NCBI GenBank assembly: GCA_964016885.1
Contig: OZ024747.1
Coordinates: forward strand, 83,886,001-83,950,000
Direction of reading: 5' to 3'
Length of the DNA stretch: 64,000 nucleotides
DNA from: Eledone cirrhosa
Taxonomy: Eukaryota
The translations under genes were made by a program, and so were the position numbers. The notes beneath the pieces were generated by a model. It was not told where the DNA came from, ran no database searches, and saw only the letters and a program-made list of their open reading frames with translations. Shown piece by piece: positions 55,477 through 64,000 of the stretch; the first letter of the stretch is position 1; each line of letters starts with the position of its first letter.

Positions 55477-55717
55477 TATATGTATATACCTATATATATG
55501 CATATATATATGTATATATATGCATATATATATGTATATATATGCATATATATATGTATATATATATATAGATATATATGTATATACCTATATATATGCA
55601 TATATATGTATATATATGCATATATATATGTATATATATATGTATATATGCATATATATGCATATATATATATGTACACATATATATATATGCATATATA
55701 TATATATGTATATATAT

Positions 55718-55885
55718 GTAGGAGGTGAGTTTTATTGTAGTACAATAAAGCAATGCAGATATCGGATAAGAAGCACTCTACAGTTTGTAGGACTGGAGTA
55801 TACATAATATATAATATATAATATCAAAATGCGCATAATAAAATACATGGAACTCTTTTAACCATCTTTTGATATCATATATTAT
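55718..55885. mobile_element. tiny inverted remnant of the PLE2 family
   Basis: 55718-55810 is the reverse complement of about 38262-38355; 55828-55885 matches 38213-38268 directly. Confidence 0.8.
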
Positions 55886-56072
55886 ATGTATATATATGCA
55901 TATATATACATATATTTATACATATACATATATATATGCATATATATATATACATCTATATACATATATATATATGCATATATATGCATATATATATATA
56001 TACATATATATGAATATATATACATATATATGAATATATATACATATATATATACATACATATATATGCATA

Positions 56073-56122
<50 letters not shown>

Positions 56123-56696
56123 TATATATACATATATATATACATATATATATGTATATATGTATCTATGCATATATTTATATATGTATATATATGTATA
56201 TATATGCATATATATTATATATATATATGCATATATATATACATATATATAAATACATATATATATATGTGTGTGTGTAAGAGAGAGAGACGAAGCAGAT
56301 ATTATACAACCTGTCAAGTAGCATAACTACAGCAGGTTTATTCCGAATCAAAACAAGTTCGAGGGGTTGGATTCCCTTCTAGTTCTTTCCTCCTGTTCTG
56401 TTACTCGGGAAAGATGACTTCTATGTACAAAGGGTAAGAGGGGTGAAAAGATATGATTTTTGTTTAGTTTTACTTGTATAATTATTTACTTGTATAATTA
56501 TTTATCATAAAACATATGTTTATTTGTCAGAGTTTTCTCAATCTGACATATTTGTGGGATGTGGAAAAATATAAAACGGATCCGATGCAATTTTACCTAC
56601 TGTTTACATAACTTATTTACAGATTAGTTATTTTTGATTATATGAGATATTTACTTTATATCGCAATTGGTGAACAACAGCGTCGTTGGTTATGTG

Positions 56697-56732
<36 letters not shown>

Positions 56733-56742
56733 ACATTATATA

Positions 56743-56930
56743 TGGTGGATTGGCAGTATCGGTAGAGGGTCGGACGCCATGCTTTCCAGCATAGTTACGT
56801 CCCTTTACGATCTGAGTTCAAATCCCGCCGAGGTTGACTTTGCCTTTCATCCTTACGGGGTCGATAAAATAAAGTACCAGTAATGCACTGGGTAATTGCT
56901 GGCCTTGTGCCTAAAGTAGAAACAATTATA
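56743..56930 (+). mobile_element. full-length tRNA-derived SINE
   Basis: A box, B box and core as at 10495. Confidence 0.85.
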
Positions 56931-56991
56931 TATATATATATATACAACATTATATATATATATATATACAACATTATATATATATTGAGAG

Positions 56992-57400
56992 GATAACAAG
57001 GACGATTGGTTACTCCTTCATTATATTTATTGGTAGGTGACGCGCGTTTCGCCACTGACCAGCTCAAGGTTCGATCTGTATCGATCCTACCCGACTCAAT
57101 GATCGGCAGCTCGATGGGCCCTTTAAAATGCTATAAGAAAATGGGTCCGTTTAAAGGGTCCGTCGAGCTGCCGGTCATTGAGTCGGGTAGGATCGATACA
57201 GATCGAACCTTGAGCGGATCAGTGGCGAAACGCGCGTCACCTACCAATAAATGTAATGATGAAGTAACCAATCGTCCTTGTTATCTCATTTAACTACAAC
57301 ACACTCTGTATAGCTCTACCCCTCGACACTGAAGTGAACCTAAACATCGAGTGCTCTCCAGGGTGAACCTGCAGTAACTCCAAGTTACACCCCCTGGATA
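56992..57400 (+). mobile_element. fold-back PLE-type element with half-hammerhead
   Basis: Arms 56992-57127 and 57150-57285; GAAA-CGCGCG-TC then AATAAA; flanked by TA tracts. Confidence 0.75.
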
Positions 57401-57415
57401 TATTGTATATATATG

Positions 57416-57465
<50 letters not shown>

Positions 57466-57540
57466 TTGCGAGGTTTTTGATATGAAATCGTGTGGTCGAA
57501 ACAAATATTGTTATACTTGGGGGAGGGGGTGATATTGTTG

Positions 57541-57955
57541 TAATAATTGTTTCTACTTTTGGCACAAGGCCAGCAATTACCCAGTACATTACTGGTACTT
57601 TATTTTATCGACCTCGTAAGGATGAAAGGCAAAGTTAACCTTGGCGGGATTTGAACTCAGATCATAAAGGGGCGTAACTCTGTGCTGCAAAGCATAGCGT
57701 CCGACCCTCTACCGATACTGCCAATCCAACGTTGTAATAATATTGGTTTCCTATATAGGCACAAGGCCAGTGATTTTGGGGGAGGAGAAAGTCTATTAAA
57801 CCGACCCCAGTGCGTGACTGGTACTTTATTTTATCAACCCCATGAGGATGAAAGGCAAAGTTAACCTTCGCGGGATTTGAACTCAGAACGTAAATGACCA
57901 TAACTCTATGCCGCTAAGCGTGTTGTCCGACGCTCTACCGATTCTGCCAATCCAA
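57541..57955 (-). mobile_element. two tandem tRNA-derived SINEs
   Basis: Copies at 57541-57728 and 57740-57955, both followed by 'ccaatccaacgttgtaataatatt'. Confidence 0.85.
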
Positions 57956-58010
57956 CGTTGTAATAATATTGTCAACCAAACAGTGCGTGTGTATACATAT
58001 ATATATATCG

Positions 58011-58579
58011 CTGGAGTAGGTAAATATTTCAATTATATTTTTTTATTTATTTTAAAAAATTGTTTGAATTTTGCTTGTTCTGCTTATCTCAATATTATAG
58101 TTCTGGTATGTCAAATTAATACCATTGAACAACCCTGTATCATAGACAACCTATATATTTCCAGGGGTACTTAGTACCCGTGGGCATATTAACTTCATTT
58201 AATATTCCCCGTTATGTAGAGAACAAATCTGTTGTTCTATTTGGCTGCTATTTTTAGTGGCGGTGTAGACAACACGTCTATGTTTACTTCCGCTTTTGCT
58301 ACGGACTGGTTGAAGTATAGGTCAAATTTTGGCCTCATTCGATCCTGTACTAGCTAGCAGATGGCAATATATTTTGCCGTTCCTGGGACTTTTTGTCCTA
58401 GGAAAGGAAAATGCTCTCTGATGAACTTCACTTTTCCATTGGAGGTCCCTTGGATTTCTAATGTTTTGTGAAGCGAAACCGATCGGTAAAAGCACTGGAG
58501 TAGGTAAATATTTAAATTATATTTTTTAATTTATTTTTAAAAATTGTTTGAATTTTGCTTGTTCTGCTTATCTCAATAT
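58011..58579 (+). mobile_element. retrozyme-like element, 484-bp unit plus 85-bp terminal redundancy (family G)
   Basis: 58011-58095 repeated at 58495-58579; HHR immediately before the repeat; (TA)n flanks. Confidence 0.85.
58412..58494 (+). ncRNA. type I hammerhead ribozyme with extended stem II
   Basis: TGCTCT-CTGATGA-a cttcac..cattggag gtcc ctt ggat ttctaatg..gtgaag c-GAAA-CCGATCGG-TA-AAAGCA. Confidence 0.85.
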
Positions 58580-58839
58580 ATATATACATATATATATATA
58601 TATACATATATATATACATAATATATACAAATAAAGAATTTGGTCTTTAATATAAAGAATAAATATGGTTTTATAAATATAGTTTCAATTTGTTAATATC
58701 GTATTTTTACTCCAAATATTTGTTGAGTGCTTTATATCAGTTATAAAAATATTTGTTTGTTGTATCCCAACAATTTAAATAGAACTTTTACATATATAAA
58801 TATATATATATACATATATAATATATATATATATATATA

Positions 58840-58928
<89 letters not shown>

Positions 58929-59109
58929 TATATACATATATATTTATATATATATACATATATATACATATACATACTGTATTTAAGGTCGAGTGACGCA
59001 ACTTCGAGTGATTAGCGGCCTTTAGACTCACCTGATCAATGAAATAATCGTTAATACTATAAATAAAACCCTTTTTGTACAGCCGACCATGTTATTCTTC
59101 ACTCTTTTA

Positions 59110-59167
<58 letters not shown>

Positions 59168-59169
<2 letters not shown>

Positions 59170-59333
59170 GTATTTCCCGGCACCGAAGACGCTTCGTCCT
59201 CGAGGACGCACCCTAATTTTGAAAACCAAAATTTTGAAAAAAAGTAACAAACATCCTTTGGCCTCCAGGACGCATGGTAGATTTTCGAGACTTATTTTCG
59301 GAAAAAAGTAACCTCTTCGACGCCTGTAAATGC

Positions 59334-59335
<2 letters not shown>
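59168..59335. mobile_element. pogo/Tigger-type MITE
   Basis: TA|CCGTATTT...AAATGCGG|TA; related to 62834-62982 in the opposite orientation. Confidence 0.75.
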
Positions 59336-59390
<55 letters not shown>

Positions 59391-59523
59391 ATAGTTAAAA
59401 GAGAAAACAAAAACAATAGCGAAGAGTGCAGTACAAAGTGTTAGTATTAGGTTCACGCTTGAGAGTGGGGGTATATTAAAAGATCGGAAGTCATACTCAG
59501 TCGATTCAGGTTTATTTAAAACT

Positions 59524-59582
59524 CTGTTATACATATTATCACTGAGGGGTATCAGTTGTGATATCCTGAGCTCTTCAGACGA
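59524..59582 (-). ncRNA. degenerate hammerhead motif (family H)
   Basis: CTGAAGA-gctcagg..tatca caac tgata..cctcagt-GA(T)AA-tatgta-TA; core disrupted. Confidence 0.45.
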
Positions 59583-59618
59583 CAACAACTAAGTAAGCCT
59601 GCGCAATGCACGCTACAT

Positions 59619-60153
59619 GTGAATGGGGTTCCACTGAAGCAGGTGAAGAAGTTCAAGTATCCCAGGTGCTATTCACAAGTGAAGGCTGAATTAAGTGCCA
59701 GAATTGCAGGGGCTGGTACAGTAATGCATCAGCTTCAGCATTCAGTAATCAGAAAAAGGGAGGTAGGCGTAAAAGCCAAACTCGCTATTTTCAATTCGGT
59801 TTTTGTGCCAACCTTTACCCATGGTCATAGTTTCTGTCCAGCGATTCTTTCCCGAGACATTCTAACCACATGCCCATAGTAGCGGAGCTAAATTCTCTCA
59901 ATTCGGTGAAGTAGCGGCTCTACCTGGAGTGACTCCCTGATCTCCAAGATAACCAAGATTCATGAATCTTGGTTACGAAATGGGATTCCTCCAAAGGGTC
60001 TTTGGAGTAATGTTACTCGATAAAGTGCGTAATTTGGAGATCAGGGAGTCACTCCAGGTAGAGCCCCTACTTCACCGAATTGAGAGAATTTAGCTCCGAT
60101 ACTATGGGCATGTGGTTAGAATGTCTCGGGAAAGAATCGCTGGAAAGAAACTA
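59619..60153 (+). pseudogene. RTE-like LINE 3' fragment with internal inverted duplication
   Basis: LKQVKKFKYP..ELSARIAGAG; 59828-59947 is the reverse complement of 60034-60153. Confidence 0.8.
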
Positions 60154-60159
60154 TTATTG

Positions 60160-60475
60160 GTGAGTGGATTGACAGAATCGGTAGAGCGTCGGACAACACG
60201 CTTAGCGGCATAGAGTTATGGTCCTTTACGTTCTGAGTTCAAATCCCGCCGAGGTTAGCTTTGCCTTTCATCCTTACATGGTCGATAAAATAAAGTACCA
60301 GTAATGCACTGCGCTCGATTTAATCGACTTTCCCCCTCTCCCAAAAGTTGGCATTGTGCCTAAATCAGGTCCCTTTACGATCTGAGTTCAAATCCCGCCA
60401 AGGTTAACTTTGCCTTTCATCCTTTACGAGGTCGATAAAATAAAGTACCAGTAATCGAAAGTAGAAACAATTATT
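60160..60475 (+). mobile_element. SINE plus partial tandem SINE
   Basis: Two B-box/core blocks at about 60235 and 60385. Confidence 0.8.
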
Positions 60476-60747
60476 ATTGGCTGAGTCAGACGTGCCGAGC
60501 AAATGTGCCATGAGGCTTCAGGGGGAAATATTTACTTTCTTTAGATGTAAGTCGCTTTTAATTTTTTCATTACATTTGTAACATATTTATTTAGTAACAG
60601 GAGAGAAGCCTTTTTTTTTATTTTTCTAGAACATTTTTACCTTCGAGAGAAATCTGTGTGAACTTTATTTGCCGCTGCTGACAAGGCAAACACATTTCTC
60701 ACAAATAGAATAGCTACGGTGATCGTGGAGGTGTCGGCAGATGTGGT

Positions 60748-61530
60748 GCTAGTAGCGGTGAAGGTGGTGGTAGCAGCAGTAGTGGTGGTAGTAGCGGGGT
60801 GGTGGTAGTAGTGAAGGTGTTGGTACTAGTACTCGTGATAGTGGTGGTGGTGGTGTTAGCAGCAGTAGTGGTGGTAGTAGCGGTGAAGGTGGTGGTAGTA
60901 GTGAAGGTGTTGGTACTAGTACTCGTGATAGTGGTGGTGGTGGTGGTGTTAGCAGCAGTAGTGGTGGTAGTAGCGGTGAAGGTGGTGGTAGTAGTGAAGG
61001 TGTTGGTACTAGTACTCGTGATAGTGGTGGTGGTGGTGTTAGCAGCAGTAGTGGTGGTAGTAGCGGGGTGGTGATAGTAGTGAAGGTGTTGGTACTAGTA
61101 CTCGTGATAGTGGTGGTGGTGGTGTTAGCAGCAGTAGTGATGGTAGTAGCGGTGGTGGTAGTAGTGAAGGTGTTGGTACTAGTACTCATGATATTGATGG
61201 CAATAGTGGTGGTGGTGGTGGCGTTAGTGGTGTTAGCAACAGTAGTGGTGGTGGTGGTGGCGTTAGTGGTGTTAGCAACAGTAGTGGTGGTGGTGGTGGC
61301 GTTAGTGGTGTTAGCAACAGTAGTGGTGGTGGTGGCGTTAGTGGTGTTAGCAACAGTAGTGGTGGTGGTGGCGATAGCGATGGCAGTAGTAGTAGTGGTG
61401 GCGGGGGTGGCGGTAGTGGTGTTAGTAGCAGTAATGGTAGTGGTGGCGGCGGTAGTGGTGTTAGTAGTAGTGGTGGTGGTAGTGGTGATACTGGTAGCAA
61501 CAGCTGTAGCAGCAACAGTAGCAGCAGCAA
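60748..61530. repeat. (GTG/GTA)n trinucleotide array with about 30-bp and 75-bp higher-order units
   Basis: Recurring 'gtgaaggtgttggtactagtactcgtgata' and 'gcgttagtggtgttagcaaca'. Confidence 0.92.
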
Positions 61531-61632
61531 TAAATTTACTCTGACAGATTATACTCCCCCACCACCGCCTGATCAAAAAACAAGAACAACACCAATAATA
61601 ACAGAAACACAATCACCAATAAGAACAAAAAA

Positions 61633-61791
<159 letters not shown>

Positions 61792-61794
61792 GAG

Positions 61795-62090
61795 CTGTGA
61801 TAACAATACTGCTATACTATACTCATCTAGTCGTAGGGGCGCTGTTTTTGTATACAGCCTGTCTTGGGCATCTAAACCTTTCCAGATCTGAACTCAACTG
61901 ATTTCTTCTTGAGAAACACATTGTGAGTAAGAATCGACCTCAATACTGAGCTATTACTTTATTTATCGACCCTGAAAAGATGAAAGGCAAAGTTGACCTT
62001 GGCCGGATTTAAACTTGGAATGTCTAGTGCCGGAACAAATACTGCGAAGTATTTGTTCGACTCTCTAACGAGTCTGTCAACCCATCGCTC
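61795..62090 (-). mobile_element. tRNA-derived SINE with long tail
   Basis: Collinear with 21645-21957. Confidence 0.75.
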
Positions 62091-62833
62091 TCACAACAAC
62101 AACAATAACAATAGCAACAACGATAAGAGTTAGAGCTGCGGCAACTCTAACGAAAGACTTACTTGCAATTGAACAGCGAATGATTTCTGGTGACGTATTG
62201 ATATCGATAGATGCAACTGACAGTGGTCATTGAAGCACTTTGGCTGCTTCATGATGTGGAAGCTTCTAAGTCTAAGTAAGTAATTGGTAGAGGAATTAAA
62301 TTCTTCAGTATTTTTTGGGGGTCTCTGGACTCTAAAAAATATGGAACTCGGTTCTTTGCGCTCTGAGTTCAAATCCCGCCGTAAACTTTTTTAATCCTAT
62401 TGAGGTCAATGAAATAGTAACAGCCCAGTTCTGATGTTGGCCTCTCTACTCTCAGCTGTCACACACTGAGTGTTCAACTGAAATAAAAGAGAGTAGATCA
62501 AGAGGGTGCCTGTATCAGCTCGCGAGTACATAAATATCTAAAACCCTTATCGAAAACATGGTATATAATACCGAATCAAACTCGACGGCGAGAGGCGGCT
62601 GTAGTTTATGGTGGAGATAATATTTTGTAAACATTCTAGCTGAGTAAATAAATTTTTGGTCTCGAGCCAACGAGAAAGCCTGTACGCAGAACTCGACCTG
62701 TTGGAAATAGCAGCTAAATTTCCAAAATTCACATATCAACGTATATAAATAAAAGCAAGAACACTTTACAAAAAGATAACTCAGCCATAACTAGAACGCC
62801 TTTGTTTATAAGTCATTGGATCAGCAGGAAATA

Positions 62834-62982
62834 CCGTATTTCCCGACGCTACCTTTTCCCTAAAATAAGTCTAAAAAATCTACCATGCGTCCTGGAGGCC
62901 GAAGGTTGTTTTCAAATTTTTGGTTGTCAAAATTAGGGTGTCGTTCTCGAGTACGAGGCGTCTTCAGTGCTGGGAAATACGG
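62834..62982. mobile_element. pogo/Tigger-type MITE
   Basis: TA|CCGTATTTCCC...GGGAAATACGG|TA. Confidence 0.8.
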
Positions 62983-63224
62983 TAATTACTAAATTTCTTC
63001 AACTCACTGCTCCCAGATAATGTATTTCTAGATATAAAAACAAACATAATAATCAGGTCAAGATCTGCCCACTTTGTGTTTGCCTGTGGGTAAACAGCAA
63101 GAACAACAGAAACATTTCTGTGGTCACTCTGTTGGATTCCACACTATACATATATATGCAAGAACGACAGTATTGGCTGTGGCAGTTTGGTTGTAGGTTT
63201 TGGCTGGTGGTAACTACAGTGGAA

Positions 63225-63530
63225 TGGTGACGAATCGGCAGAGTCGTTAGACCGTTGTATAAGACGCTATACAGTATTTATTCCGGCTTTCTGTGCACTG
63301 AGTTCAAAACCTGCCGAGGTCAACTTTGTTTTCTGTCCTTTTAAGGTTGACAAAAAGTACCAGTTTAGAATTGGGGTCGATTCTTTCTCTAAATCCCTTT
63401 CTGATTTCGTCTATCATTCTCCCCCTTCATCTCCTTCTTTGGAAGAAATCAGCTGTGTTCAGACCTGGAGAGGGAATGGGTTCTGCCAGGTTTAAGGTGC
63501 CCAAGATGCGACGGCATCCCTACGACTAAC
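63225..63530 (+). mobile_element. tRNA-derived SINE with tail
   Basis: Head 'cggcagagtcgttag', B-box-like gagttcaaaacc, tail ending ccctacgact. Confidence 0.65.
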
Positions 63531-63534
63531 AGTA

Positions 63535-63852
63535 ATTGATCACTCAATTGGGAGAAGTAGCGACTCTGATCTCCGAGCTACGCACTCTATCGAGTAACGT
63601 TACTCCAGAGACCCTTTGGAGAAACCCAAATTTGTCGCTTGTATTCGAGAACGTATTCTTTCGTTCATCCCCTAAGGCCCGAGTAATAGAAGGCAGAAGA
63701 CTGAATTAAGTGCAAGAATTACAGGAGCTGGTGCAGGAATGCACCAGCTTCAGCATTCGGTCATCAAAAGATGGAAGTTAGGTTTAAAAGCCAAACTCGC
63801 TATCTTCAATTCGGTATTCGTGCCAACCTTTATCTATGGTCATGAATCTTGA
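63535..63852. pseudogene. RTE-like LINE fragments in opposite orientations
   Basis: 63535-63670 (-) and 63690-63852 (+) are both homologous to 3330-3640. Confidence 0.75.
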
Positions 63853-64000
63853 ACTCCGAATTTTTAATATTATTTTATTAAATCTGCAATCTTGTATTAA
63901 AATAAATCCCCGGATATTGAAGAAATTTCAGATAAGATTCTAAATCAAAAGTCGCTTTGGGTAAGAAAAAAGGTTGGCTACATTCATGTTACATGGCATG

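Noticed and set aside
60749-61612. Thr-rich mucin-like ORF
   Set aside because: Trinucleotide array open in several frames on both strands, with no non-repetitive domain

Overview
Repeat-rich eukaryotic (animal) genomic DNA. It is most likely a coleoid cephalopod such as Octopus, inferred from the abundant tRNA-derived SINE family and very long (TA)n/(GA)n microsatellites. I found no convincing host protein-coding gene, and most ORFs in the track are microsatellite artefacts. The main content is a Penelope-like retroelement (PLE) system. One copy is apparently intact (819 aa RT plus C-terminal GIY-YIG, CxCx5Cx5C linker of the Hydra clade, with a 1.4-kb inverted arm). A second family member is 5'-truncated and inverted. 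Around them are many small non-coding elements in or beside (TA)n tracts that carry minimal type I hammerhead ribozyme (HHR) motifs: 13 complete or near-complete motifs from about 8 sequence families, plus half motifs, read by eye. Several are >1-unit tandem repeats (retrozyme-like, implying circular or concatemeric RNA templates) or fold-back palindromes. The families have different palindromic stem III sequences, and three share a downstream GTATTGAGTAC motif. Also present: a 15-kb 55-bp satellite with variant domains, an interstitial (CCCTAA)n tract, Gypsy pol, Helitron and LINE relics, a solo LTR, MITEs, an inverted-repeat element enclosing a PHD-type LINE ORF1 fragment, and a degenerate ORF with a 2A-like GCVELNPGP motif.
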